In this document: piece by piece, positions 42,027-53,424 of the stretch
How the letters are laid out: every line of letters starts with the position of its first letter
How positions within the stretch are numbered: position 1 is the first letter of the stretch
Assembly: GCA_963845755.1 (NCBI GenBank)
Contig: CAWJTV010000019.1
Location: 1-64,000 of the forward strand
Direction of reading: 5' to 3'
From: an uncultured Planctomycetota bacterium
GTDB lineage: Bacteria > Planctomycetota > Planctomycetia > Isosphaerales > Isosphaeraceae
DNA: 64,000 nucleotides
Program-made: the position numbers and the translations under genes
The notes under the pieces: generated by a model
Told to the model about the DNA's origin: nothing
Databases searched by the model: none
The model's input: the letters and a program-made list of their open reading frames with translations, nothing else

Positions 42027-42256
42027 ATCGTCCGAGCCCGTGGTACCAGGCCCGCGGGCCGCGAAGGGGCCGCGACCATCTTGCCGAGAGGTCGCCATGA
42101 TGAAAGACGATCGAGCCTCGCGGTTCCGCTTCCGGCTCCGGCTCAGGATGATCTTGCTCGTCGTCGCCTTCCTGGATTCGCTTGACATCAAACCACTTGC
42201 AACGCGCTGGCCCGAGTTTGGCGCCGGTCGCAAGGCGGGAGCGCGGATGGCGGCTT

Positions 42257-42617
42257 TTACCTGTCAGGAAGATAACCTAGCTCCAGGGGGATCGCCTCCA
42301 TGTCGGCCGGGAGCGCGATGATGGCTTCGTGGAGCCGTTTGGGCTCCGAGGCGAGCAGCCCGCGCCGCGAGGCACAGGCCAGGCAGAGCCTCTCGTCATC
42401 GCGCGTGGAGGAAGACCTCGCTGTCCAGGAGGCGGTGATAGAAGTCCTGGCCGGGCGCCTTCATGTAGCAGAATTCGCGCACGCTGCCGCTCTTCACGCC
42501 GATCCGCCAGCCGGGTTCGGTCAGGTACATCCGGAACGGTGGTACGGTCTGTCGGTCTTCCGTGCTTTCTGGTGGCGACGGCTCGGAAGCGGGGGACGAG
42601 CTCGAAGGGTATTTCAT
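42257..42617 (-). CDS. hypothetical protein (frameshifted) at the end of the HTTM operon
   Basis: The start overlaps the upstream stop; continues ERLCLACASRRGLL in a shifted frame. Confidence 0.5.
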
Positions 42618-44098
42618 GAGCGTGGCACCTCCTGAGTGTCTGCCGGCGTCGGAACCGCGTTGTGCGGGTTTTGGGCGTGGCCTCGGAGTCGAGCCACGTT
42701 CCGCGGTGTCCCGGAATGGATTCCGCAGATCTCATCCGTGCAGGGGACGTCGCGCGGCCGAGTGGCCGCAAGGTCATTGTATACCCTTCTTCCCCATATT
42801 GCGACCCCCGGTAGGTGCGCGACCGCGGCAATCGGCCAGAATAGAGGGAGACCGGCCCAGATCGATCGCACGGCATCGAACCCGGACTGGACGCGCCCCG
42901 TGGCCGAGACCACGTGCATCGACCGCAGGCAACCCTCGAGGGTCAAGTCCGGATGGATCGCACGGACATCCACCGCGGTCAGGTCAATCGGCTCGATGAC
43001 CCGGCCCGGGTCCGCCGCCGTGACCAACGCCATCGATCCCCGGCACCGCGGACACGCCCCGTCGAAGAGCACGCGCAGCGCCGGGCGGTCGCCGCCGGTC
43101 GCCAGTCCGCGCAGCCAGGGTCCGGAGATGAACGCCAGGTTCGCCGCCAGCATCACCAGGCTGAATTCCGCCAAACCCGGGTTGATGACGGCGATCCCCA
43201 GATGCATCGCCAGGGCACCGGCCAGGATCAAGGGACGCGCGATCCGGACCCAGATCAGGATCGGATACAACAGTTCCAGGGCCAGACTGAAGTGCGTCAG
43301 GAAGTTCAACACCAGGGGCCACTCCGCCATTGCCGTGAAGTTGCCCACCGCGAACTCGCCGGCGGTCATCGTCCGCCAGATCGCCATCCCGGTCCACCAC
43401 GAGGGACCTTGCAGCTTGCCCAGGCCGGCCATGGCGTAGATCACGACGAGGTGGAGCTGGATCAGCCGGAGGGACAGGTTCGCGGAGATCGTCGGGACCG
43501 GGATGCCCGGCTCCTCGGGCTCGACGCGACGGGCCATGCTCGCGCCGCCGGCCCGCGCCGGGGCGGGCGCGGCGGATGCCGATCTCGCCTGCCGCCATCG
43601 CCGCAAGAATCGGTCCAGCGATACGGCCTGGCCGCTAGCCCCCGTCACCGCCAGATACAGGGCCATCGGCGAGAGCACCTGGTCGAAACCGAACAACGCA
43701 ATCGGTAGCCGGCGCACGGTGGAGACCACGATCAACCACGCCATCACGGCAGTCCATCGGCTGAACAACCCCACGCTGTACGTCGCCAGCACCACCAGGC
43801 ATCCGATCCACGCGGGCCGGAGGGCTGCGTCGGGCACCAGGAACCAGAACGACCAGGCCGGCGCACGCTGGGCCATCCGGATCGCCGACGGCTCCGCCCA
43901 GCCATCGGCGCCGAAGTAGTCTTGCAGGTCCAGGCCGAAGACCAGCAGACTCCAGAGCGCCAGCAGGCCGACGGCCACGCGCAACAGGCCCAGCGCCGTG
44001 GGATCGGCCGGGGTGAAGAAGAAGGTGTTCCATCCGCTACGGACGGCTTGTACCAGCTCGGCCAGGTAGCGCTCGATCTCGTTCAGAAGGCGTCGCAC
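42614..44098 (-). CDS. HTTM-domain membrane protein fused to a DCC1/DUF393 thiol-disulfide domain
   Basis: WNTFFFTPADP, LIQLHLVVIYAMAGLGKLQGPSWWTG, LAMHLGI; C-terminal VLFDGACPRC, SMHVV, GFDA. Confidence 0.85.
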   Translation of the reverse strand: MRRLLNEIERYLAELVQAVRSGWNTFFFTPADPTALGLLRVAVGLLALWSLLVFGLDLQDYFGADGWAEPSAIRMAQRAPAWSFWFLVPDAALRPAWIGCLVVLATYSVGLFSRWTAVMAWLIVVSTVRRLPIALFGFDQVLSPMALYLAVTGASGQAVSLDRFLRRWRQARSASAAPAPARAGGASMARRVEPEEPGIPVPTISANLSLRLIQLHLVVIYAMAGLGKLQGPSWWTGMAIWRTMTAGEFAVGNFTAMAEWPLVLNFLTHFSLALELLYPILIWVRIARPLILAGALAMHLGIAVINPGLAEFSLVMLAANLAFISGPWLRGLATGGDRPALRVLFDGACPRCRGSMALVTAADPGRVIEPIDLTAVDVRAIHPDLTLEGCLRSMHVVSATGRVQSGFDAVRSIWAGLPLFWPIAAVAHLPGVAIWGRRVYNDLAATRPRDVPCTDEICGIHSGTPRNVARLRGHAQNPHNAVPTPADTQEVPRS

Positions 44099-44802
44099 GG
44101 ATAGTCTCCGATCCATTCGGGTGTCGTGAACATCCGCTCGGCGAAGAGGTCGAACCGGGCGCCACCGGGCTCGGAGATCGTTTCCCGCACCCGCTGGGGA
44201 TCGGGGATCAGATGTTGCTGGACGCGGAGAGTCACCATCCGGCACCCGGGCCGCGACCGGCACAGGTGGCGTGCGTAGGCGCGGGCCAACCGGCTCTGAC
44301 TGGCGTCCCGCGTCCGCAATTTGGCCTCCTGGACGTCGGTGTAGAGCGAGTTGGCCAGGGCCAACTGCCGCTGGTGCCGCATCCGCGGTCCGGCCAGGTC
44401 CCGGGCCGGCAACCGCACGGTCTCCTCGGGCCGCCCGTTATCATACTGGAGCGTGGCCGTGACCACCGGCGTCGGCGGCGGTTCCGCATAGTATCGGTAC
44501 GAGTATCCCATGTCCATCAAGTCGAAGTACGGCGTGAACCAGTCTGCAATTCCCTGTTCCAGCTCGGACGAGGGCGGTACGCCCACCGCGCCGGCCAGGA
44601 CGGCGGCCATGTGATACAACAGCACCAGGCTGACGGATACCCGCGCCCAGGCCGGCCACGCTCCCCGACCCGGCGCCTCCGAGTCTGCCCCGGATCCCGC
44701 CTTCGCATCCAACCGATCCTCGATCGGTTCCCCCCTCCCTCGCAGCTCGTGACGCGTCGGGGTCCGACCTTCGGACCGGCCTCGTGACTTACTCCCCATC
44801 AT
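44083..44802 (-). CDS. single-TM partner protein of the HTTM gene
   Basis: TM segment followed by YSYRYYAEPP and LARAYARHLC; overlaps the HTTM start. Confidence 0.7.
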   Translation of the reverse strand: MMGSKSRGRSEGRTPTRHELRGRGEPIEDRLDAKAGSGADSEAPGRGAWPAWARVSVSLVLLYHMAAVLAGAVGVPPSSELEQGIADWFTPYFDLMDMGYSYRYYAEPPPTPVVTATLQYDNGRPEETVRLPARDLAGPRMRHQRQLALANSLYTDVQEAKLRTRDASQSRLARAYARHLCRSRPGCRMVTLRVQQHLIPDPQRVRETISEPGGARFDLFAERMFTTPEWIGDYPCDAF

Positions 44803-45408
44803 GGATCTCCAAACCTGTAACTCGACGACCGGTTCAGGACCGGGCTCGGGCCGGCTCACGGACCGGCCGGAGTCGGGAATCACGAAGCTCGCGCCAGGCG
44901 AAGGACGACGGTAGGTCCCACGATCCCCACTTCAGGACGAACGATTCATCACCGACCACCAGGTAACCATACCCGCCGGATCCCTCCTCGGCCAGCGGCT
45001 CGCCGAGTCCCGGCCCTTCGTGGTCCGGCTCCTGATCGAACCTCGCGTGTCCCATCAATCGGAGCTGGATGCGTTGGAGCGTCAGCTCGCGGTGGGAAGA
45101 AACCGCCCATGGCGCGGGCTCGCCCTCTCGATTCTTCGGCGAGCCGTCATTTGTTATCCAGTCAACTTTTTTTCGCCATTTTCACTTCTGAGCTTGAAGA
45201 TGGAGTATGATGGCTACTAGAATCTGGGTTGTCTGAGCAGAGATTACGACTTCGGGCGACTTGATGGGAAAGAGCGGGTGCATGGTCGAGCAGGCCGATG
45301 CACCCGTCTCGGGAGGCCCAGCCGTCGTTGAGGGTTGCACCAGGGTCAAGGTCGGTGCCGGTCGCGGGTTGATCGATTGTCCTCGATTTCGCAACGGGGA
45401 GAGTAGTA

Positions 45409-46116
45409 ATGCAGGGAACATTGGTAATGCTGGTGGCGCTCAGTGGACTGGGTTGCCATAACAAGGGCTGTGACGTTGCTTATGTCTCGCCGACCTACAC
45501 GAGTTGTTTCTCGGGCGGGTGCTATTCGAACTGGTATCCCGGTCCCGTGATGCCGTCGTGCTACTCCGGCTGTTACGGGGGCTGCTACGGTGGCGGCTGT
45601 TACGGTGGGTGGGGCGGGAGCGGCTTCGGCTCATGGGGCGGTGGCAGCTTCGCGTCGTGCTATGGCGGAGGTTGCTATACCGGTTTCCATCGGCGTTACG
45701 GCTGTGGACATCGTCACGGCGGGTTGTTTAGCTGCTTCCGCAAGAGGTCGGTTTGCTCGGCCTGCTGCGATTCCGGTTACGCCTATGCGGGTGTGGGATG
45801 CTACGGGGGAAGTTACGCACCCGCGGTCTTCGGCTCAGCCTTGGGGATAAGCTACGCCCCGCTCTACCCGGATTCGACGGTCCCGCAGGCCGGGACATCC
45901 GGCACGATGGCCCCGGAGCCCACCACGGCCACTCCCTCTGAGGTGACCAACCCGGTCCAGCCGTCCCAGGTCCCCTCGACGACCACGACTCCTCCGACGG
46001 AGATCGCGCCGCCTCGTCCGTCGCCATCGACGACCATTCCTCCGACGGAGATCGCGCCGGCTCGTCCGACGCCGATTACCCCCTCCGCTCCCCCACCCAA
46101 TCCTCCGAAGACCTGA
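45409..46116 (+). CDS. exported Gly/Cys/Tyr-rich protein with a Pro/Thr-rich tail
   Basis: GGAGAG RBS; LVALSGLGC; CYGG repeats; duplicated PPTEIAP.RP. Confidence 0.75.
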   Translation: MQGTLVMLVALSGLGCHNKGCDVAYVSPTYTSCFSGGCYSNWYPGPVMPSCYSGCYGGCYGGGCYGGWGGSGFGSWGGGSFASCYGGGCYTGFHRRYGCGHRHGGLFSCFRKRSVCSACCDSGYAYAGVGCYGGSYAPAVFGSALGISYAPLYPDSTVPQAGTSGTMAPEPTTATPSEVTNPVQPSQVPSTTTTPPTEIAPPRPSPSTTIPPTEIAPARPTPITPSAPPPNPPKT

Positions 46117-46444
46117 TTGGCGTGCCCCGGGATGGCCGGCTCGCGGGTTTGTCCCGGCCGAGCCATCGCGTGACCGCTTTCGACGGGCTGCTCCTCATCG
46201 GGGCAGCCCGTTGTCATTCCCAAAAGACTCGCGGCGCCGTAGAGTGCAGGTGGCAGGATTCCTCCAGCCGCCTCGAGGATGACGCCGCCTCGTGTTCGGG
46301 CGATCCGGCTTCCCTCGGGTCCGCTGGTCGCTTATCCTTAACCCAGACGCGCTTTGCCGATCCCTGCCGGCCGCGCAGTCACTTGCGCCGTCGAGACACC
46401 CGGATGACCGTGAGGACCGGCCGTAATCCCGAGGATTTTGCGCG

Positions 46445-47344
46445 ATGGACGTCAGTTCGCTTTCCCACGAATCGCAGTCCGCCGGGACCGATGGGGTTTC
46501 GGCTCGGAGTCCCGATCCTTCGACCCTGATGTTCGCTGACGACGATCAGCGCAGAAACTGGCTCATCAACACCATGGGTGAGCAATTCTGCCGTAAGCTG
46601 GGGATCTACCGAATGCCCGGCGACCTGACCCTCTCGGTCGTCATTCCCGCCTACAACGAAAAGAAAACCATCCGGGAGATCCTTCGGCGGGTGAAGGCCG
46701 TGCCGATCCGCAAGGAGATCATCGTCGTCAACGACTGCTCGACCGATGGCACGCGCGAGATCCTCCGGGAGTTGAAGGAGAACGACGGCGAACTGAAGCT
46801 CATCTTCCACGAATTCAACCAGGGGAAAGGTGCCGCCCTGCGCACGGGGTTTCGCGAGGCGACCGGGCAGATCGTCATCGTCCAGGACGCCGACCTCGAG
46901 TACGACCCGGAGCAGTATTCCCAGCTCATCCAGCCGATCATCGAGGACCAGGCCGACGTGGTCTTCGGCTCCCGCTTCATCGGCGAGACGCACCGGGTTC
47001 TCTACTACTGGCACTCCCTGGCGAACAAGGGTCTCACCTTGCTCTCGAACATGTTCACGAACCTGAACCTGACCGACATGGAGGTCTGCTACAAGGTCTT
47101 CCGCCGCGAGGTGATCCAGGGGATCACGCTCAGGAGCGACCGGTTCGGGTTCGAGCCCGAGGTGACGGCCAAGGTGGCGCGGTTCACCTTCCCGGCCCGG
47201 GACGACCAGCCCCAGCGCCTCTGCCGGATCTACGAGATTCCCGTGTCCTACCACGGGCGAACCTATCGCGAAGGGAAGAAGATCGGCTTGAAGGACGGAT
47301 TCCAGGCGCTCTATTGCATCGTTCGATATGCGTTCGCCGACTGA
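46445..47344 (+). CDS. glycosyltransferase family 2 (DPM synthase-like)
   Basis: [39 protein letters not shown]. Confidence 0.92.
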   Translation: MDVSSLSHESQSAGTDGVSARSPDPSTLMFADDDQRRNWLINTMGEQFCRKLGIYRMPGDLTLSVVIPAYNEKKTIREILRRVKAVPIRKEIIVVNDCSTDGTREILRELKENDGELKLIFHEFNQGKGAALRTGFREATGQIVIVQDADLEYDPEQYSQLIQPIIEDQADVVFGSRFIGETHRVLYYWHSLANKGLTLLSNMFTNLNLTDMEVCYKVFRREVIQGITLRSDRFGFEPEVTAKVARFTFPARDDQPQRLCRIYEIPVSYHGRTYREGKKIGLKDGFQALYCIVRYAFAD

Positions 47345-47358
47345 GGCCGGGAGCACCC

Positions 47359-48286
47359 ATGATCGGGATCAGCCGAAGACCCAGAGCCATCCTGGCGGCG
47401 CTATTGGCGGCCGCGTCGCTGGCGACCATCCCCTTCCCGACAGCGGCCCAATCCCCGGCGCCCTCGGAGAAAGACGGGGGTTCCGGGTCGGGAGACCGCC
47501 GCCAGTCCGACCCGCCCGAGGCTTCATCCGCGTCGAAAGCCAAGACCAAGGCGAAGTCGGCCCGTGCCAAGGGCCGGGCCCGGCAGGATCCGCCCGGATT
47601 CTACATGGGCCGGCCGATCGCCGACGTCATGACGTGGCAGGCCGCGGACTGGCTCTTTCGAGAGACGCGGATCGAGGAAGAGCAGCCCGAGGCCATGCTC
47701 GACGCCCTGAAGATCCCGCGCGGGGCGACCGTGGCCGACGTCGGGGCGGGGGCCGGCTACCACAGCATCCGCCTGGCCCGCCGCGTCGGGCCCAAGGGGA
47801 TCGTCTACGCCACCGACCTTCAGGTCGAGATGCTCCGCATGCTCCGGACCAACGCCCGCGAGGCGGGCGTTACCAATATTAAGCCGGTCCGCTGCACCCA
47901 GCAGAACCCCGGTCTCCCCAAGGAGGCCATCGACCTGATCATGATGGTCAACGTCTACCACGAGTGCTCCGACCCCGAGACGACCTTGCAGGGCCTCCGG
48001 GCCGCGCTCAAGCCCAAGGGCCGCTTGGTCCTCGTCGAGTTCCGCGGCGAGGACCCCGAGGTCCCCATCAAGCCCGAGCACAAGATGACCGTCGCCCAGG
48101 TGCCGCCGCGAGGTCGAGCCCCAGGGGTTCACGTTCAAGGAGTCGCTCGAATTCCTCCCGTGGCAGCACGTCATCATCTTCGAGAAGCCGGCCGACCCGA
48201 AGAAGGGCGAGAAGTCGGGAGGCGACCAACCGAAAACCAAAGCGGCTCATGTGGGGAAAATGGTGGTGGTGGACCTCCTTTCCTGA
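47359..48286 (+). CDS. class I SAM-dependent methyltransferase with signal peptide (frameshift near 48105)
   Basis: YMGRPIA, VADVGAGAGY, VYHE, LVEFRGED, PEHKM; LPWQHVIIF in a shifted frame. Confidence 0.88.
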
Positions 48287-48505
48287 GATGGAGTTCGTCA
48301 GGATCGGGAGCAGCCAACGTGTTCCCGCCAACACCGGCCACGGTCGCGAATCCAGACCTCGACCGGCCATCCGCTCGAAGGACTCCCACCCATTCCTCAC
48401 AGCCGCTATCTTCGGTATTCCCTGGCACAATTGACCCGACGTCCCGAACCGGATCATTCGGCACGACGCGTACAAGCCATGCCATCGCTACGACGCCGAG
48501 AGCCG

Positions 48506-48714
48506 TGGCTTCGATCTGCGGCTTTCAGGGGCCGAGACCGCTCGCTGGCTTCGATTTGAGAATTCCCGGGCTCGGACCGGCCGACTTGGCTTCGTTTCGC
48601 GTGGCAATCGGTGGTCGCGCCGCCGAAGCCACTGCCAAATCGGCAGCGGTGGCTTCGTTTCGCCCATCGCGCCGACGCGCCCGCCTGCCATTCCGGCAGA
48701 TGGCTTTGTTTCAT
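48506..48714 (+). repeat. five short TGGCTT(C/T)G(T/A)T(T/C) direct repeats with unique spacers
   Basis: Copies start at 48506, 48546, 48587, 48650 and 48701. Confidence 0.6.
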
Positions 48715-49648
48715 CGCGTTCGCCGCGCCGGTTCCACTCCTTGCCGAGCGACCGGGCGGGGACGGCACGTGCAACCATCCGTGGCGGCTTGATGGTCGGG
48801 CGAGATCCCGGTGCTGTCAACCCTACTGGATGGTAGACCGTCCCGCGCCCGATCGCTCGGCCCAGGCGAATCCATCGACCGTATTGTCAAAGAGTTCGCT
48901 GGCCACAATCAACCGTCATGAAATATTACACACGATTGGGCAAACGCAAATGAGACGGAACCGTTTTTCGGGTGATCCGGTGAGACGGGGGGAAGGGATC
49001 CAATGATGGCGGGAATTCTGGTCGTATGCGACGTCGCTGTTATGAGGAATCAGGTGCCGGCGGCGATGGGGGGCGGGTCTCCGCTCCGGAGACTTACACC
49101 CTGGGACTGACCACGACGGGCCAAAGACTGACCCCGGGAAGCGGTGCCCGGAAACACGAGAATCTATCGAGGCTTCGCCTCAGCCCGACGAGACTTGTTA
49201 TCATGGATTAACGACCATAGCGCGTGACCGGCTCACGAAGACGGCATCCCGTTAAGGGTGACGGCACCATCTTCCGCGCATAACGCGATCCGTGCTCCCG
49301 GCTTTCGGGACACCGCTTTCATCAAGGCCACCGCCGTTATATGCAGTCCTCATGATCCGAGTCGTCTCGCGTTCCGCCCGCCCGGAATGCCTTCGCTTCC
49401 CTGGGGAGGGGGGGCTTGTGCGGACTATCGGACCAAGCGCCCAAACTTGACTCAAGCGGTATGAGTTTTGAAATTCAAGTGACCGAGTGTTGACCGCGAC
49501 GGGCCGACGGCTGACCGCGACGGGCCGGTTCGTCTCGGAGGGGAAACTGGGACGCGGCCAGGACGAATCAAGAACTTGCTGCGTCCCCGCTCGTTTCCAC
49601 GTCCCGGTTCGTTTCCATCTTCATCCCCGGTTCCCCGTCGTTGTATCT

Positions 49649-51151
49649 TCATCCTGTTCGGATTACGAGCGTTGAGGCGATGAAATCGTGGAGCGCCTGC
49701 TTTCTTGGCGTGAAGCCCGCCATCACGAAGCCGAACCCGAAGGTGATCCATGAGAAGGTCTTGGCGAGAAACCGGCCGAGGGCGTGACCGAACGAGATGC
49801 GACGGCCTTGGAGGTCGGTCACTTGGAGTCCCAGGGCCCTCTTGCCCAGGGTGGCCTGAGTCTTCGAGCTTTCCATCAACGTATAGTAAGCCAGAGGGCC
49901 GAACAGCATCATCACCCAGCCCAGGATCAATATGACGGGCTCGAAGGTCTGTGCCACTTCCTTAAGGCTCTTCGAAGCCTCGAGGATGCCAACGACGATC
50001 GCTGATTCTCCGAACCACAGGAGCGTCAAGACGAAGGTGTCGATGACCTTGGCCACGGCTCGCGACCAGAAACCTGCATAGCAGATCGTTCGGGCGCGGG
50101 TTTCGAACGGCTCGCCGCCGATCTTGGTCGTAGGTGCGACGTCGGGGTGTGGGCTTCCGTGAGTCTGCTGCGGTTCGTGACCAAGAGAAGGCGCGCCTTG
50201 GGTTTCGCGCGTCGAGGCGGTGGCACCATTCCCCGACGGTCCGTGGAAATTGACGTGAGCAAGCCTGATCCCAAAGCGCTCGCCCACGAGATCAGATTGC
50301 ACGAGTGGAGAAGGGTCGTGGTCGTGCACAATCAGAATCGGTACTCGATTGATCTGGCTGATCCGGATCACCTGCGACCAGCGGACGAAGCGGTGAATGT
50401 CGGCGGCTTTCCACTCACCGGTGTGGCTGAAGATCAGGATTGCCTCGTCGCCTCGCTTCGCCACGCAGGGGATGGAGAAGTAACCCAAGGGCCCATCGCC
50501 GATGGATTGAAACTCGACAGGTTCCCACCCCTCCGACTTGAGCTGTCGAACGGCATGCATCAGGTAGACGGCTTGCATCCCTTCCGGCCCGCCGCCGCCG
50601 AGAACCTGGATCAATGGTGGCACCTTCCCATCGGGTGTGGGATTGGTTGGCCAGTTGAGCCCAACAGCCCTCCCCGCGGATTCCTGGGAGGAGTCTTCGG
50701 TCTTGGGGGGTGAGGAGGGCACGGGCTTGAGTCCCATCTCGGGAATGTGTTGCTCTCGGACTCGCTTGAGCGACGTGAAAAAAGAGACAAGGCTATCCTC
50801 TTCGCCGTTGTCGATTCGCTTGGCCACCTTGCCGAGCGGGTTGCAGACGACATCGTCGGAGAGCTTGACGAGGACCGGCATGCTGGTTGCAACGCCATCG
50901 CCGGCTTGCCAGCTTCCGCCAAGATGGCGGATGATCACCTCGCCGAGATAGCAGCCGAATGTGGCGACGAGCCCCGGCATATCGTGGCTCTTTTTCTTCT
51001 CGTCATGGAACCGCTGAAGCAGCGGATCGATGGTGAGGAGACTCTGCGGAGAATAATCGAGGTCGAAGTGAAAGACTCTTGGTGCCTCGTCGACCGCGTG
51101 CGCAGCGGCCTCGGGGGCGGTTTCGGGGGTGAGCTGTTTAGTCTCGACCAC
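49649..51151 (-). CDS. RDD-family membrane protein with a large N-terminal extension
   Basis: C-terminal YAGFWSRAVAKVID, QATLGKRALGLQV, KQALHDFIAST. N-terminal LDYSPQSL...GCYLGEV...NPLGKVAK. AGGAG lies before GTG 51151. Confidence 0.8.
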   Translation of the reverse strand: MVETKQLTPETAPEAAAHAVDEAPRVFHFDLDYSPQSLLTIDPLLQRFHDEKKKSHDMPGLVATFGCYLGEVIIRHLGGSWQAGDGVATSMPVLVKLSDDVVCNPLGKVAKRIDNGEEDSLVSFFTSLKRVREQHIPEMGLKPVPSSPPKTEDSSQESAGRAVGLNWPTNPTPDGKVPPLIQVLGGGGPEGMQAVYLMHAVRQLKSEGWEPVEFQSIGDGPLGYFSIPCVAKRGDEAILIFSHTGEWKAADIHRFVRWSQVIRISQINRVPILIVHDHDPSPLVQSDLVGERFGIRLAHVNFHGPSGNGATASTRETQGAPSLGHEPQQTHGSPHPDVAPTTKIGGEPFETRARTICYAGFWSRAVAKVIDTFVLTLLWFGESAIVVGILEASKSLKEVAQTFEPVILILGWVMMLFGPLAYYTLMESSKTQATLGKRALGLQVTDLQGRRISFGHALGRFLAKTFSWITFGFGFVMAGFTPRKQALHDFIASTLVIRTG

Positions 51152-51368
51152 GGTGGTACTCCTGCCCGGAGGGCATCCGGGGCTTGACCAGGTTTGCCGT
51201 TTTCTCTCTCGCGAAGGCAACCGGCGTAGGCAGGCGTGGTAAGACCCGGGTTCCGGCTTTTGACTCTCGCGCCGTCTCGGAGAATCATCCGGAACGCTGG
51301 TCTGACCCACGTGCTGGCGACGCCCCCAGGGCCAGATCCCGATGTTCCCTTGGGCTCCGGCCGTAGCA

Positions 51369-51577
51369 TCAGCGGAAGAGGCCGAGGTTCGGGAACACCT
51401 TCTTGAGCACTGCGACACCGGCGTCGGTGACGCTCGTGCGCGACACGAACAAGCCGCGAGGGTCCTTGAGAACCTTCAGGGAACAAGTGGTGTTGGGAAC
51501 TAGTGGTGTCAGGTCGGTTTCCTGGAGAACAGGTAGTGTCAGTTCGATCTCCCGAGAGTGGGAAAGACGAACTGACA
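51369..51577 (-). pseudogene. C-terminal fragment of a leucine-rich-repeat protein
   Basis: LFVSRTSVTDAGVAVLKKVFPNL resembles an LRR C-terminal cap; it abuts the intron 5' end. Confidence 0.45.
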
Positions 51578-52223
51578 TTGCGCCAAGGAGCTCGGAAAAG
51601 GAGGATCGCCACAAACGTGAAACCTTTTGCAGGAACCCTGCGGGTCACCAATCCTGTCCGGTAGAGCTGGGCCAGCAGCCGGGAGCGAGTCTTGCGTGGT
51701 GGCGGGTGACCTCCACTGCGAAGTGTAGACCGCCAGGTCAAACGCTGTGTGATTGAGCCCCGAAATCATTCCTCGTGGGGAGTCCTCGTTGTTGTCAGAA
51801 GCGGGGACCGCGCCAGGCAACTTACCCATGGCCCACTCAGTGGAGCACCGGCTTACCAGCTCCGGGTTGATCCACAGCCAAGTCCTGGGCGGTTGGGGAC
51901 GAATCAGGCATACCACGATGGTATCGCCAAACGAAGGTAACGAAGTGCGGCGAGACGGACGTCGGGGAGTCGCAGTGCCCCAGAGTCGTGTGGAAGCAGG
52001 GGAACGGACCCTCCCGGACCCCGCGGAGCGAAGGGGCACCGCGTTGTGGGACCGGAGGCCGGAACCACGCGGAGGGCATCGAACCTCCGAGCGAGCCACC
52101 GCAGGGCCGATGGATCTTGCGAGGGACAGCGAATCCGCAACGTGACGAGCCGGATGCGCCTTCGACTGCGCACGTCCGGATCTGTGTGAGCCCTGGGGGA
52201 GCAATCCCCCAGGGCGACCCGGC
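51578..52223 (+). ncRNA. ORF-less group II intron
   Basis: 5' TTGCGCC; domain V GAGCCGGATGCG...CGCACGTCCGGATCT; domain VI CCCTGGGGGAGCAATCCCCCAGGGCGACCCGGC; no RT ORF within ~650 nt. Confidence 0.8.
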
Positions 52224-52290
52224 CGAATGGCACGTTAGAAAAATATGTGTGCGATTCAGGTCTGACCCCGACGTTCCGCGACGTTCTGGT

Positions 52291-52999
52291 CTACGCAGCC
52301 CAATTTCTCACACAATTCTTCCTTCGCTGTTGTCGATAAATGACGATCCCGAGGCTGGCCAACGCCACCGATAAGAGGGTGATCGACGATGGTTCCGGTA
52401 CCATCACGGTCGACACGAAACCCATGACTCCATCACTACCGGGGATGGGGTTTCCCGAGTTGTCGAGTGGGATACTGAGAATCATCGGCTCGAACCCTTG
52501 CAGCGTAAAGGGGAGGCGCGAAGTTGTTGTCCGCGTCGCTTGATGTGCCGATTACGGTCAGGTTCGCCTCGATCAGCGATTGCGATAGGTCGTTCACGTT
52601 CAAGGTCGGAGGTGTAAGTAACGCTTCATATTCAACTGATGAGACCGCGAAAGGCGGACTCGTCAGTGCTCCGGTCGCGGGATCGGCGAAGAAGTAATTG
52701 AGCGTCAGAGTTGTACCCAGTTGTTCTGGTGAATACTGCAAGACCGGGTAAGTTGCCGCAAGCGAGCCTTGACCCACAGCCGGAAGGTTCGCCTGCGCGC
52801 TCGTCAAGTAGTATTTGTCCCAGTTTGCCCTGATCATTGCCACTTCCTGCCTAGCCGTCAAGTTCTTGAGCGCCGTGTCAATGACAACAGCCGCATTATC
52901 GACGACTGTGTCCCAGTAACCCGCTGCCATGGCGCCCGTCGGAGCCGAGGCAATTGCCATCGAGACCACCGCCATCAAACCGAGTTGGCGCACGTTCAT
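52291..52999 (-). CDS. PEP-CTERM sorting domain protein (frameshift near 52515)
   Basis: AGGAGA RBS and signal peptide; VPEPSSITLLSVALASLGIVIYRQQRRK. Confidence 0.85.
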
Positions 53000-53424
53000 G
53001 GATATTTCTCCTGAAAGAACAGAATTCTCAAAATCGTGGGGACGTCGGGGTCAGACCAGGTTTCGGGGGGCGCCGGAGGTCAGACCTGGTTTCCAGTTTT
53101 TTCACGTGAAAACACGTGAACCATTCGGCGTTCCCGTTGCTACTCCAGCCGAGGTCGGAAACGCCGGTTGATTGACATGGGCCACCGACGTCACGGTGGC
53201 GGAGAACCCAGTCGAACCGGCAAGAGAACGGTTCGGTCGGTCGAAGCTCTGCGTTGTCGCGGTCGCCGTCGGATCTTGAGGCCGTCGTCGATTCGGTCGG
53301 TCAAATCGAAACGCCTGCTGGAATCCGGACCGCGAAGCGGACGGGTGTCGGGAGATGCTGCCGAACGGCTCGCATGCCCTTTCCACTGTAGTAAATAATG
53401 CAGCGAGGCGATCGATTCATGACT

